Source: Candidatus Altimarinota bacterium (lineage in GTDB: Bacteria; Patescibacteriota; Gracilibacteria; UBA1369). Taken from it: a stretch of DNA of 64,000 nucleotides. Every line of letters begins with the position of its first letter. Position 1 is the first letter of the stretch. The notes beneath the pieces were generated by a model that was not told the DNA's origin, did not search any database, and saw only the letters and a program-made list of their open reading frames with translations. Where the stretch lies: contig OY782391.1 in the NCBI GenBank assembly GCA_963677745.1, forward strand, positions 512,001-576,000, given 5' to 3'. Shown in pieces: positions 50,083 through 60,219 of this stretch. The position numbers and the translations under genes are program-made.

Positions 50083-50652
50083 ATGGAAAACCTGCAACTA
50101 CAACCCGATCAGGTGCTTAGCACCCACGATTTTCCCGTCTACAACGAACACATTTTAAAAATGTACTTCAGAATGGCTAAACACGCTCCGGAGCTTGTTC
50201 CACCAACTCCCGTCATCCACGTTTCATCCGGACTCCCCCTGCTGCCGGATAGTCACGAGCATTCGCAACAACACAACCAGGCGCTTACGGCATATTTAAA
50301 TAAACATCCCGATGTTGAATACATTATGCTCGACGGCAGCCACAAAACCACTGCTCTGGCTTTAACGCATAATCCGATCGATGCACTGATTATCAGGACC
50401 AACGAAGACATCAGACAAATGTTCGCAATGGTGGAAAAAGGAGAATTATTTGGCTTCAACAATCCTGACACCTTTCCTCAAACACTTTTGGATATTGCCA
50501 CGCACCTCTCCAAATCAACCGATTTTCAGACTATCAGTTCCAAAACACGCCGCATGATTGCAGCAAAAGTCATTCCCCGGTACATGATCAATCATTACCA
50601 GTCTGATTCTCTCCGGTACAGATACATCCCCTCTCTTTCAGTAAAACCATGA
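50083..50652 (+). CDS. Hypothetical protein, ParB/Srx-like fold
   Basis: PP-x-PV...YIMLDGSHKTTAL resembles the DGxHR motif; TTGACA-17-TAGGTT promoter at 50048-50076. Confidence 0.6.
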   Translation: MENLQLQPDQVLSTHDFPVYNEHILKMYFRMAKHAPELVPPTPVIHVSSGLPLLPDSHEHSQQHNQALTAYLNKHPDVEYIMLDGSHKTTALALTHNPIDALIIRTNEDIRQMFAMVEKGELFGFNNPDTFPQTLLDIATHLSKSTDFQTISSKTRRMIAAKVIPRYMINHYQSDSLRYRYIPSLSVKP

Positions 50653-51308
50653 AAATTTACGCCAACTCAGCCGAAATCCTTGCCGCGCAAGTCCAGGAAA
50701 CAGGCCTGCCGCAGGAACTATTGCCTCTTTTGGACCGGCTGGACAAACCGCGCCGCGGCTGGCTCAAACGCTGCGTACACGAAGAAGGCATGGTGGAAGA
50801 CGCCCGGCAACATGTGGCCAAAGTGGTTTTGGCAGCTGCCGCCCTGGATTCCGAAAAATGGGGTATCAGCAATATCCGTCTCAGAACACAGTTACTCGTT
50901 CATGAACTGCCGGAAGTACTTGGTATAGACTGGACACCTGGAGAAATCAACGAACAAGAAAAACACCGGCTGGAAAGAGCCACTCTGGAACAACTGCTTC
51001 CCCCGGACTTTCCCAGCCGTTCAAAAATCATCCAACTCTGGCTGGAATATGAAATGGACAAAGGATTACCTTTCTTTCTGGACAAAATGGATGCCGTGGT
51101 TACCGCTGAATATTACGCGATGGTAAATCCGGATTACCTGCCGGTAGCCGAGGAATTTTACCAATACGGCTGTGAAAAAATCACCAGCCCCACTCTCAAA
51201 TTCATTCTCAGGAAAATGCACAGACAGACCATCAAAGATGCCGCACTTCCCAATAGGAATCCCGGAGGAATATTCCCGGCTTATTTCGGGCATTTAAATG
51301 AACTGTAG
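50649..51308 (+). CDS. HD-domain hydrolase (YfbR/HDDC2-like)
   Basis: RRGW, E-x-x-x-x-H, VHELPE-x-x-G-x-D-x-TP, LW-x-EYE, DKMD; ATGA overlap with the upstream gene. Confidence 0.8.
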   Translation: MKIYANSAEILAAQVQETGLPQELLPLLDRLDKPRRGWLKRCVHEEGMVEDARQHVAKVVLAAAALDSEKWGISNIRLRTQLLVHELPEVLGIDWTPGEINEQEKHRLERATLEQLLPPDFPSRSKIIQLWLEYEMDKGLPFFLDKMDAVVTAEYYAMVNPDYLPVAEEFYQYGCEKITSPTLKFILRKMHRQTIKDAALPNRNPGGIFPAYFGHLNEL

Positions 51309-51313
51309 AAAAC

Positions 51314-51907
51314 CTACTCCTTCAAAAGCTGATCCAGCTCTTTGATAAACTGACCATAGTTTTTATATTCAACCACCGCCATTCCAAGCGCTTTTGCCGG
51401 CTCCAAATTTTTCGGTCTATCTTCGACATAGATGCATTCTTCAGCTTCCACTCCAAGAAATTCAACTACTTTCCGGTATATCTCGGGATCCGGTTTGGCC
51501 AGACCGGTATTATATGAAGTCACAATAACATCAAACATCTCATCAAACCTTTTCTCCTTCAGAATCGGCTCCAACCACGACTCAATCTGATTGGACAAGA
51601 TAGCCAGTTTATATTTTCCCAAAAGCTTTTCGCGGACATACTGATACATTTCATCCCGAAACTCTGCTTTTTCCAAAACATAATCTTTAAAATCAGCTGC
51701 ACTCATCCCGGCCAACTTTCCCAGTCTCTCCCAAAAAAGCATCGAATCAATTTTGCCGAGACGTGCTTCATCCCACAAAGATTTTGACAAACTGTCCGCT
51801 TCTTCCGGATTCACACCAAGCTTCCCGCTGTTATTTTGCCAGAATTCCCGAATATCGACATCAGTTGAAAAAACCCCCCCGAAATCAAAAATAATTGCTT
51901 TATACAT
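51314..51907 (-). CDS. HAD-family phosphatase
   Basis: IIFDFGGV, LSN, KPDPEIY, YVEDRPKN. Confidence 0.92.
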   Translation of the reverse strand: MYKAIIFDFGGVFSTDVDIREFWQNNSGKLGVNPEEADSLSKSLWDEARLGKIDSMLFWERLGKLAGMSAADFKDYVLEKAEFRDEMYQYVREKLLGKYKLAILSNQIESWLEPILKEKRFDEMFDVIVTSYNTGLAKPDPEIYRKVVEFLGVEAEECIYVEDRPKNLEPAKALGMAVVEYKNYGQFIKELDQLLKE

Positions 51908-51909
51908 AT

Positions 51910-52335
51910 TTATCTCTTCATAAATTCTCGCATTTTTTCAACGCAACCCCTGACTTCCGCAGCCACTTCCTCTCCCAACATGTTTTCCTTGGCGAAATTG
52001 ATAATGGGCCTGACTGACTCAATTTTCCTGCCAAATTTTTCCATCCAGTCATGCCGGGGAACCATCCACAGATGGAACGATCCGGAAGTCGTGTCTTCAT
52101 TTTGAAACAAATAGACGTCTTTTATGCCGAGGACATCAGTCATCCCCCGACGGACTTTACGGACCAGATTCATAAATTCCACGGACTCTTCATCGGTAAA
52201 TTCAGAAATGGATCTGATCGCGCGCAGCGGCGCAACTATAAAAAAGCCCGGAATGGGCACACTCCAGTCCTGATGGATATCAAAACGGTCTGTCACAATT
52301 ATTTTCTGATCCGGGAAAAGCATTTTGTCAGCCAT
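51910..52335 (-). CDS. HIT-family protein (degenerate triad)
   Basis: HQDW-x-VPIPGF, FQNED...FHLWMVPR. Confidence 0.75.
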   Translation of the reverse strand: MADKMLFPDQKIIVTDRFDIHQDWSVPIPGFFIVAPLRAIRSISEFTDEESVEFMNLVRKVRRGMTDVLGIKDVYLFQNEDTTSGSFHLWMVPRHDWMEKFGRKIESVRPIINFAKENMLGEEVAAEVRGCVEKMREFMKR

Positions 52336-52489
52336 AACAATAAATATAAGATGTATTCATGGTGCATATTATATACCGCTAAAAGACAATCCGAAAAGAT
52401 CGTCGAGCCGGAGGATTTCATTGCCGTAAACCGGCTGTCGGTAGTAGTATAAAGCCGCGAAAAGCAATTACCCCTCATTAACCATCATT

Positions 52490-52705
52490 ATGAAATTTTC
52501 AAAAAACGAAGGAGATACCGATCGGATAATCAGATTAATTGTAGCAGTGGCCTTGGCGGCGGTAGGATATTTTTTGCTTAACGGCACACTCCAAATAGTC
52601 TTCTATGTTGTCGCAGTAATATCACTTTTCACGGCACTGACCGGATTTTGCGGACTCTATACGCTTCTGCACATTAATACCTGTAAAACCTGCCACAAGA
52701 AATAA
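52490..52705 (+). CDS. DUF2892 (YgaP-like) membrane protein
   Basis: NEG-x-x-DRIIR...TG-x-CGLY-x-LL-x-I-x-TC. Confidence 0.9.
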   Translation: MKFSKNEGDTDRIIRLIVAVALAAVGYFLLNGTLQIVFYVVAVISLFTALTGFCGLYTLLHINTCKTCHKK

Positions 52706-52804
52706 TCGCGGCTTTTCCTGTGTCCAGCTGCTTTTCCAAAAGTCTGTATCTATTCCGGTTGATAGCCCGTAAGGTGCTGACACTATTCCCTAAACACAAG
52801 AAAC

Positions 52805-52921
52805 ATGGAAGATACTACTCCCGTTGAAGCCGTAACAAAGACCGAAGAAGAAACCAAGACCGCCGAACCAGCCGCCACAGAAACCACTACCGAGAAAACC
52901 GAGGATCAGAAAGCTGCATAA
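52805..52921 (+). CDS. Small acidic protein, 38 aa (not in the ORF track)
   Basis: MEDTTPVEAVTKTEEETKTAEPAATETTTEKTEDQKAA*; A-rich leader and its own terminator. Confidence 0.55.
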   Translation: MEDTTPVEAVTKTEEETKTAEPAATETTTEKTEDQKAA

Positions 52922-52945
52922 TTCCTTTTACCAAAGGAAATAAAC

Positions 52946-52974
52946 AAAAACACCGCCTCCCGGCGGTGTTTTTT
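52946..52974 (+). terminator. Rho-independent terminator
   Basis: aaaaacaccgcc-tccc-ggcggtg-tttttt. Confidence 0.85.
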
Positions 52975-53062
52975 ATTACCCGCCCAAACCAGAAATTTTA
53001 AAACCAGAGTTTTGACAAAAACAATTTGTGGTATATAACTTATATGTCATATTTTAACCTGA

Positions 53063-53935
53063 ATGCCACAGGAAACAATCAATCCCGGTGAAAACAATCT
53101 CAATGCCTGGGGGCAGGCCCTTAATGACATTCATCCGGGACTGGGCGATATTTACGATGAAGACAGGATGTTCGGCATCGGAGATCTTGACCGTTTCGAT
53201 TTGCCCAGATACAAAAGACTTTCCCTGCCCCTGACCGATTTTCTGAAAACCCCGGAATCTTATATTAAAAGCCTGGAATCGTCGGACCTCTACGTAAGTC
53301 TGAACCCGCACAATAAAAAACTCCCCCGCCAGAGACGGGTGATGGCCGTTGCCGATGTAGTCCCCTTTATTGCTGAACACGCAGGTAGCAACCCCGACCA
53401 GTTCGATATCCTGTTCCTGCAATATTTCGACAATCTTTATGGCGGCAATATTGTGGTCTCGGCGGACAACTACATGATCATAGAATTCAGAAAAGGCTAT
53501 CAGGGGCCGATTGCCAACGGTTCGGAGACTCCCCAATTCAGGGCAGCCAGAGACATTTTCACCGGGCATTTCTCCTATTCATTCGAAGATCGGGATCTGC
53601 GCGAAATGATTTACCGAACCGTACAAACAATCCCCCACCAACCTGAAAAAGAAGGGATCATTTATCTGCCCGGATATTACGAATTCGTGATTGTCCGCAA
53701 TCCGATTACCCGGGAACTGGAACCAAAATTCATCGACCTGAAAAGAAGTCTGGCCGAACTGTTCCAAAGAATCGACGTTTTCGCAGTAGCATCAGACCAC
53801 AGCGTTTTTCCTCTGGTGGAACAAGTCAGGGCATCCGTGGAAAAAAACTGGCCGGAAACGTTCAATCTGCCTGCAGCTTCTTCATCAATTCCCCGGCCTG
53901 ATGGAGTTTGTTCAGATCATCAAACCCGCCGATAA
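53063..53935 (+). CDS. Hypothetical protein, possibly a divergent ATP-grasp fold
   Basis: LQY...GGNIVV...GYYEF...FID pattern; TTGACA upstream at ~53012. Confidence 0.55.
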   Translation: MPQETINPGENNLNAWGQALNDIHPGLGDIYDEDRMFGIGDLDRFDLPRYKRLSLPLTDFLKTPESYIKSLESSDLYVSLNPHNKKLPRQRRVMAVADVVPFIAEHAGSNPDQFDILFLQYFDNLYGGNIVVSADNYMIIEFRKGYQGPIANGSETPQFRAARDIFTGHFSYSFEDRDLREMIYRTVQTIPHQPEKEGIIYLPGYYEFVIVRNPITRELEPKFIDLKRSLAELFQRIDVFAVASDHSVFPLVEQVRASVEKNWPETFNLPAASSSIPRPDGVCSDHQTRR

Positions 53936-54119
53936 ACTCTTCTCCAATCACGATCATCGGTACGGTCTGCCAATTATATTTTTGAGCCGTTTTTTCCCAA
54001 AGTCCGGTGTCCTGAGACAAATCCACATTGGAAAAAGGCACCTTCAGGTCTGTCAGCAGCTGCTTGGCCCGCTGGCAATAAGGACAAACCGCCGTGGAAT
54101 AAATTGTTACTGTTTTCAT
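53862..54119 (-). CDS. Glutaredoxin
   Basis: CPYC, TVP, FIGGFDDL; true start is ATG 54119. Confidence 0.93.
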   Translation of the reverse strand: MKTVTIYSTAVCPYCQRAKQLLTDLKVPFSNVDLSQDTGLWEKTAQKYNWQTVPMIVIGEEFIGGFDDLNKLHQAGELMKKLQAD

Positions 54120-54132
54120 AAGATGAATATTA

Positions 54133-54678
54133 TTACTCAGATTCAAAACCAAAGCGTCCTGCCGGCAGCCACTTTTCATCCCGATGGGCAAACAAAGTGA
54201 TTGCCCCGACACGAAGTGTTTTCACCGGTACCTTCTTCCCTTTCAGAAACTCCCCGATTATCCCGAACTTCTCCGGGGTTACGTCCTTATAAGCCAGAGT
54301 AATATGGAAATGCGGGCCCTTTCTCCCCCGCAAATCTTCCACGACCGCAAAATTTTCCAGTAAAATCCCCGCTAATTGCGTTTTCAGATCAAACAAGACC
54401 GCGCTTTGTTCGACATCGATAAACCAGACGGTCTCGTCAAAATGATTAAAGTCCGTAACGGCCAAACTAAAGGCCTCCCTTTTTTTCGCAAACTGTTCCA
54501 AAACCGGTACTAACAAAGCCTTTTTACTTTCCTCCAACTCAAACGGCGGAAAGATTGTCAGGTGCGGCGGCAGACGCAGCGCTCCCTGTACCGAAAATTT
54601 TTCGGCAATCTCGATTCTTAATTCGTCCACCATCCGGGCATCATCCCCCTCCAGATTGTAACCGACAAAATATCTCAT
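54133..54678 (-). CDS. 2H phosphoesterase (2'-5' RNA ligase family)
   Basis: Two HxT motifs: PHLT and FHIT. Confidence 0.88.
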   Translation of the reverse strand: MRYFVGYNLEGDDARMVDELRIEIAEKFSVQGALRLPPHLTIFPPFELEESKKALLVPVLEQFAKKREAFSLAVTDFNHFDETVWFIDVEQSAVLFDLKTQLAGILLENFAVVEDLRGRKGPHFHITLAYKDVTPEKFGIIGEFLKGKKVPVKTLRVGAITLFAHRDEKWLPAGRFGFESE

Positions 54679-55574
54679 CAGTTTGGAAAAATTCTTGCCA
54701 ATAAAAGCCGGCGGGAAAAATCGTCAATCTGCATATCATCAGCGAGAGCGTTCACCTCTTCCACAGTCAGACCATTGCAATATAAATCTCCATAATCACC
54801 CAATCCCTTGATTATATACATGCGGTGATCCAGTTTTTCATCCAGCGCACCGGTAATCACCCGGACACCGGGAAATTGATTGACCTCCTTCACACCCACG
54901 GGGGCGGACAGAACCGAATTCACAATCAACCTTCCGGGTTTCATTCCCCTGTTCAGTATTCTCCGGAAAGCATCCACCGCCGTTCCTCCAGTGGCCAGCA
55001 TTGGATCTGCCACCACCACCGTATCTCCGTCATTAACTATTTCACTGTTTTCATAGTCCACCATTGGTTCACCAGTTTTTTCGTTGCGCTTGGTACTGAC
55101 ATGATAAAAACGCCTTACCCCGTTATTCAAAAAAGCCCGACCAAAAGCCAGACCGGCCCGCCAGGGCACAACCACCACGGTTGTTTCTGGATTTAGTCCC
55201 TCCATGGTTTGCGCAACTATCGCCTCAGTAATTAAATTGGAATTCTCTCTGAATTCCGGCCCCGAACAACGTTCCTCCGGCCGGTCCGGATAGCCTCGCC
55301 GTATTGTCTCAAAAGCCTGCCTCAGCTGCTCATTCAGTATCAACGGCTCACAAAGTCCCTGCTGCAAAATCGACTCTCTGTCACAGCCTTTATTGATCTT
55401 TCTTTCCAGTTCCGCCTGGTTCGCTTCATCCAAAAATCCATCTGCAGCTTCCGCCGTCACCCGCCTTTCCATCATTACGTCCTCCGTCAGCTTGCCCGGG
55501 ACTTCGGCCGGTTGTCCGGTCATTCCTTCATGCGAAAAAAGCCCACCTCCGTTTCCCAATGTGTTTATAGTCAT
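54678..55574 (-). CDS. upp: Uracil phosphoribosyltransferase with an N-terminal extension
   Basis: EFR, RAGL, ADPMLATGGT, LD...YI-x-x-GLGD-x-GD. Confidence 0.88.
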   Translation of the reverse strand: MTINTLGNGGGLFSHEGMTGQPAEVPGKLTEDVMMERRVTAEAADGFLDEANQAELERKINKGCDRESILQQGLCEPLILNEQLRQAFETIRRGYPDRPEERCSGPEFRENSNLITEAIVAQTMEGLNPETTVVVVPWRAGLAFGRAFLNNGVRRFYHVSTKRNEKTGEPMVDYENSEIVNDGDTVVVADPMLATGGTAVDAFRRILNRGMKPGRLIVNSVLSAPVGVKEVNQFPGVRVITGALDEKLDHRMYIIKGLGDYGDLYCNGLTVEEVNALADDMQIDDFSRRLLLARIFPN

Positions 55575-55671
55575 GGGTAAAAGGTAAATTTATATCTGAT
55601 CAAATTTACCAAATTTTTCAGGAATGTTAAGAAATTACCCTGGACAAAACCGGATTTCGCAAACCCCACAA

Positions 55672-56115
55672 TTATTGACAATCCTGACTCAACGAAATTC
55701 CCGCCTCCTGCCAGGCCAATATTCCGCCTTTCAACTCAGAAATATTCTTAAACCCCGCTTGCCTCATTCTGACAGCGGCATCTGCACTTCTCTTCCCGCT
55801 GCGGCAATACAGCAGATATTCCGCATCTTTATTCAGTTCAGAAATTTTCTTATCAAAAGAATCGGATTTAATGTCGATATTTCTAGCCCCAGGCAGACAG
55901 CCGGCCTGAAATTCTTCCGGGGTCCTTACGTCCAACACCTTTAGCGTCCCGCTTACCGTGTTGTCCTGCAAAAGTGAACCGACCTGAGCAGGCGTCTTCA
56001 AAGGATCTACTGCACCTGCTGTCAACACATTGGTTTTCAAATCCGCCGTCGCCGCACAACCCGAAAATAACAATACTAAACAAGCGCCAACCAGCATATA
56101 TTTTATATTTTTCAT
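55672..56115 (-). CDS. Rhodanese-domain lipoprotein
   Basis: FSGC lipobox; LDVRTPEEF, YCRSGKRS, LKGGILAW. Confidence 0.92.
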   Translation of the reverse strand: MKNIKYMLVGACLVLLFSGCAATADLKTNVLTAGAVDPLKTPAQVGSLLQDNTVSGTLKVLDVRTPEEFQAGCLPGARNIDIKSDSFDKKISELNKDAEYLLYCRSGKRSADAAVRMRQAGFKNISELKGGILAWQEAGISLSQDCQ

Positions 56116-56160
56116 AATCAAAACAATTAATCTCCTCAAACACGAACATCATACACCCAA

Positions 56161-56730
56161 TTATTTTCTGACTACAAACACCACGTATCGTTCAGATCCA
56201 ACGTCAATAACCAGGGTTTCCTTTGGTTGTTCAACCTGTGAACGATAAGCAATTCCCCAGAAATCACCCAGTTTCACCTTGGTCATAAAGGCTGTTGCTC
56301 CATCCAGACGTATTTCCTTCTCATCAAGAACCGGAGGCCAAAACATCATGGTTTCTGTTACCATGCCGCTAAAAACCGGATTCACGTGAAAAACATTTTC
56401 TTTTCCGGGTTTGAGAACCTTGACACCGAAAGTACCAAAGGTGACCATCACCGCCTGACCGTTATCTTCAACTTTCTTGTCAATACAGGCGCTCAAATCA
56501 TGTTCCGCGCTGGTCAGCTTGCTTTCCAGTTCCTGGACTTTTTGTGCCTCATTTCCGGCGGCGCAACCGGCCAACAGAGCTGCACTGACCAGCGCTACTG
56601 CGGAACAAAATTTGGTCACCGGACTAGACGGGACGGGAATTTCCGCTTCCGTTTCAACTGCTTTGTTGAAGTCAGCGACAACTTCAAATTTGCGATTCTC
56701 TTCCCCGACCAAGCAACTTTTCCTATTCAT
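56161..56730 (-). CDS. Hypothetical protein with an internal lipobox
   Basis: LLAGC after a ~40-aa N-terminal extension. Confidence 0.6.
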   Translation of the reverse strand: MNRKSCLVGEENRKFEVVADFNKAVETEAEIPVPSSPVTKFCSAVALVSAALLAGCAAGNEAQKVQELESKLTSAEHDLSACIDKKVEDNGQAVMVTFGTFGVKVLKPGKENVFHVNPVFSGMVTETMMFWPPVLDEKEIRLDGATAFMTKVKLGDFWGIAYRSQVEQPKETLVIDVGSERYVVFVVRK

Positions 56731-56777
56731 AATTGTTGATTGTTAAGGAAGAATACTATCAGGATTTTTGTCAAATT

Positions 56778-58595
56778 TCAATCCGATAATTTGTTCAGAA
56801 TTTCCAGCTCCTGATTCATGGTGTCGTCCCCGATTGCTTTCATTTCTTTAGCGAAATATTCACCAAAATCACCCATGATCTTGCGATATTGTCTGTCCAC
56901 GTTCAGATTAACCGACTGGCGTTCCCATTCACCCAGACGGATCTCACAGCGGGGAGGCATGGGTGGCATACAACGGTACTCGGGACACCGGATACCGGTT
57001 TCATAGACAATAATAGGAGGACAGGGCACTTCCACCGGATGATCTTTCCAGCGTATTTCATCAATCAGCCAGTCCTTCATCAGATTGACATAACGGGTCA
57101 GCAAAATCGCCTTGCGAATACCGGTATTGTCATAATAATCAACGGATTTATCGGCAAAATTGATCACTTTTTCATCACTGTCTTTTTTACCGTTTCTGTC
57201 TTCATAACTTACCTTTAATACCAGTTTACCGCTGCTCTCCTCACTCCCGGTTTTATTCAATTTCAGCAGAATTATTCCCCCCTTGGTTTCACCGCCTTCG
57301 GTTTTGGACGGAAAAAGAGTATTCACCTTCATAATTTCTCCGGTTGACTCGTCCGCTTCCGGCGAACCATACACTTTCTCAATCTCATAACCCTGTGCAT
57401 CCAGCTGCAGCTTCAGATCAAATACCAGCGGAGTAACCATATAATCAAAATCCTCATCCAGCACTTTCTTGAATTCCTTGGCTGAATGTACCGAAAAATA
57501 ATTGGCCCCTCGGATTTTGGTCAGACTCTCCACCAGCTCGGTGTTAAAATCCACGCCTACTCCGATCAAAGTCGTATAGATATTGTTCTGAGAATTACGA
57601 TCCAGTATTCCTCCCAAACCTTCCTCGCTGGTATCCCCAATGTTGGGCATGGCATCGGTAATAAAAACAATGCGGTTTTCATACTGGTCGGGATCAGCTT
57701 CCGAAAGTTCCCGCAGCATGGACGACGCTTTTGTCATTCCGGCTTCCATATAGGTACCGCCCCTCTCAAAAAGTTCCATGATATGATCCTTGGTTTTCTG
57801 CATATCGGTCTGGCCCACTTTATTCAGTGGTTTGGCCAGATAGGCATCGTCGTCAAACAACACCAGCCCGAACCGGTCATCGTCTTTTAAATGATCCAGC
57901 AGTGCCACAACCGATTTGGAAGCAATTTGCATTTTAGTCTGGCCTTCTTCTTGCCCTTCCCTGTCTCCGCCGACAGACAGTCCCACCTTATTGCCGAAAC
58001 GGTCGTAATAATACTCGTTGAAAGGAGATCCCATCGAGCCGGAGATATCCATCACCACCACCAGATTAAGTTTCTTGCGCTGGAAATCCGATTCTTTGAT
58101 TCCCGAATTCAAACCGACCGACAAATAGTATTCAGATTTTTCGGAAAGCGGATCTTTGGAAACAGCGGTACTGTAAGACGGACAAAAAAGTTTCGTGCAT
58201 TCCTCCTTTTTGCCGGTATCAAAAAAATAATTATAAAACAGTCCCTCATAGGTAATATCGGTCGGAATCGGCAAAAAGCCGTTCTTGATATTTTCGCGGA
58301 AATTATTGACGTCTTTGGCACCGCCCACCGCAAAACCAAGGTTGCCCGCCCCAGAAGGAGCCGCCTCCATCGCCATAGGCATCATTGTCTTCATCATTCC
58401 GCCGGTAGCCTGCGCGTAATCATTCTCCGTTGACCGCGGATTGTATTCCCAGTCGTCAACTTTCTGAGCCGTTTGTGTCTGCTGATTCTGATTTTGCTGA
58501 TTCTGGTTCTGCCCGCTATCAGGGGGAAATAGAGCACAACCGGTCAAAGTCAGAACGTAAACCGAAAGGAATAAACCTGAAAATATTTTATGCAT
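56778..58595 (-). CDS. VWA-domain lipoprotein (YfbK-like)
   Basis: LTGC lipobox; MIDAS motif DISGSM, GGT, ITDA. Confidence 0.9.
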   Translation of the reverse strand: MHKIFSGLFLSVYVLTLTGCALFPPDSGQNQNQQNQNQQTQTAQKVDDWEYNPRSTENDYAQATGGMMKTMMPMAMEAAPSGAGNLGFAVGGAKDVNNFRENIKNGFLPIPTDITYEGLFYNYFFDTGKKEECTKLFCPSYSTAVSKDPLSEKSEYYLSVGLNSGIKESDFQRKKLNLVVVMDISGSMGSPFNEYYYDRFGNKVGLSVGGDREGQEEGQTKMQIASKSVVALLDHLKDDDRFGLVLFDDDAYLAKPLNKVGQTDMQKTKDHIMELFERGGTYMEAGMTKASSMLRELSEADPDQYENRIVFITDAMPNIGDTSEEGLGGILDRNSQNNIYTTLIGVGVDFNTELVESLTKIRGANYFSVHSAKEFKKVLDEDFDYMVTPLVFDLKLQLDAQGYEIEKVYGSPEADESTGEIMKVNTLFPSKTEGGETKGGIILLKLNKTGSEESSGKLVLKVSYEDRNGKKDSDEKVINFADKSVDYYDNTGIRKAILLTRYVNLMKDWLIDEIRWKDHPVEVPCPPIIVYETGIRCPEYRCMPPMPPRCEIRLGEWERQSVNLNVDRQYRKIMGDFGEYFAKEMKAIGDDTMNQELEILNKLSD

Positions 58596-58672
58596 GGTGT
58601 GATATTTATTTTCTACCGCCTTATAATATCCACCAACCTTGAAAAAATTACCAGTTTCCCGTTTTCGGGACG

Positions 58673-59419
58673 TCAGATTTGTATTCTTTTGAAGAAAAAT
58701 GCTCCCATATAAAGGAAAAACAAAGTAACCAGCGACAATACCAACACATCCAGGCTCAACCCGTAATGACCGGTGTTGACCAGCAGGTCACGTAACGCGT
58801 CAATTCCATAGGAAAGAGGATCCAGTCTGGCCACCACCGCCAGAACGGGAGGCAAACCCTGTAAAGGGAACAGTGCTCCGGACATGAAAAAGAGAGGCAT
58901 AATCAGAAAATTGATAATCAGCTGAAAACCCTGCATATCGTCAAGCAGCGAGGCAATCATCGTACCCAGTGCCGTAAAAAGCAGGGCAATCACAAACATC
59001 ACCAGCATGGCGGGCGCGACAGCCCACCAGTTCTCCGGCCTGAAACCGAAAATCATCGCCACCAGCATCACCACCACTCCCTGCAGGGTCGCCACTGTCG
59101 CGCCCCCCAGAGTCCGGCCCAGCATGATATGAAATCTGGACATCGGCGCCACCAAAGTTTCCTTTAAAAAACCGAATTGCCGGTCCCATATAACCTCCAT
59201 ACCGGAAAAAATCGCCGTAAAAATAATGCTCATCCCGATTATCCCCGGCGCCAGAAAATTAAAATAATTCCCCTGCCCCGCCTGCTGAAAAACCGGCCCA
59301 AACCCGTATCCCATCGACAACAGGTACAGCAGCGGCTGCGCCAGCGACCCGATCATGCGGGATCTGGAACGGAGATATCTTTTAATCTGTCTTAACCAAA
59401 GAATATAGATTTTATTCAT
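58673..59419 (-). CDS. ABC-2 permease
   Basis: PGIIGM, DRQFGFLKETLVAP, SGALFP, PLSYGID. Confidence 0.93.
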   Translation of the reverse strand: MNKIYILWLRQIKRYLRSRSRMIGSLAQPLLYLLSMGYGFGPVFQQAGQGNYFNFLAPGIIGMSIIFTAIFSGMEVIWDRQFGFLKETLVAPMSRFHIMLGRTLGGATVATLQGVVVMLVAMIFGFRPENWWAVAPAMLVMFVIALLFTALGTMIASLLDDMQGFQLIINFLIMPLFFMSGALFPLQGLPPVLAVVARLDPLSYGIDALRDLLVNTGHYGLSLDVLVLSLVTLFFLYMGAFFFKRIQI

Positions 59420-59430
59420 GTTTATTATAA

Positions 59431-60219
59431 TTATCTTTTCCAGCCTCGCCGCAGCATTGATCTCATCCGGTCCGTCGGCCCGGCTGCTTCTTCCCTGATC
59501 GAATCGCCGGTCAAAACCAGAAAGGCCGCTTCCAGTGAATCCGTGCCGGTCTGTTTTTTCAGATCCTCGGACTTGCCGATCGCCACAATTTTTCCGTGAT
59601 CGATTACTGCTATTCTCTGGGCGATTTTATCGGCCTCCTCCATGTAATGAGTGGTAAAAAAAACAGTGGTTCCCTCCTTCTTATTCAACTCCTTCAGATA
59701 GGCCCACATATGATTTCTGGTCTGCGGATCCAACCCCAGCGTCGGTTCGTCCAGAAAAATAATTTTTGGATGATGCAACAAGCCACGAGCCACCTCCAGC
59801 CGCCGCTTCATGCCCCCGGAAAACTCTTTAACCAGACTGTCCTTGCGATCCCACAGATCGACAAACTTCAAAAGCATCTCTATCCGCTCCCTGCGCGTTT
59901 TTTTTGCAATGTCGTAAAGCACGCCGTGAAACTCCATATTTTCGTAGGCAGTCAACTCGTCATCCAGGCTGGGATCCTGGAAAACTATGCCGAAAGAACG
60001 GCGTACCTGTTCCGGATGGTCCACCGGGTTATGGTTGTTCAGACAGATTTTCCCCGATGTGGGCCGGAGCAGCGTGGTAAGCATTTTAATCGTGGTCGAT
60101 TTACCCGCTCCGTTTGGTCCCAGAAAAGCAAATATTTCACCGTTGCCGACCTCGAAAGAGATCTCGTTAACCGCAATAAAATCACCGAATTTCTTGGTCA
60201 GTTTTTCTACTTTAATCAT
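59431..60219 (-). CDS. DrrA-like ABC ATPase
   Basis: GPNGAGKST, FSGGMKRR, LDEPTLGLDP. Confidence 0.95.
   Translation of the reverse strand: MIKVEKLTKKFGDFIAVNEISFEVGNGEIFAFLGPNGAGKSTTIKMLTTLLRPTSGKICLNNHNPVDHPEQVRRSFGIVFQDPSLDDELTAYENMEFHGVLYDIAKKTRRERIEMLLKFVDLWDRKDSLVKEFSGGMKRRLEVARGLLHHPKIIFLDEPTLGLDPQTRNHMWAYLKELNKKEGTTVFFTTHYMEEADKIAQRIAVIDHGKIVAIGKSEDLKKQTGTDSLEAAFLVLTGDSIREEAAGPTDRMRSMLRRGWKR

Noticed and set aside
52740-52974. tmRNA, because the peptide ends in AA
   Set aside because: No tRNA-like ends or T-arm/CCA, and the ORF has its own ATG.
56141-56160. cgaacatca as a further att-like copy
   Set aside because: Only the 9-nt left core matches; the CCAGATGG half is absent.
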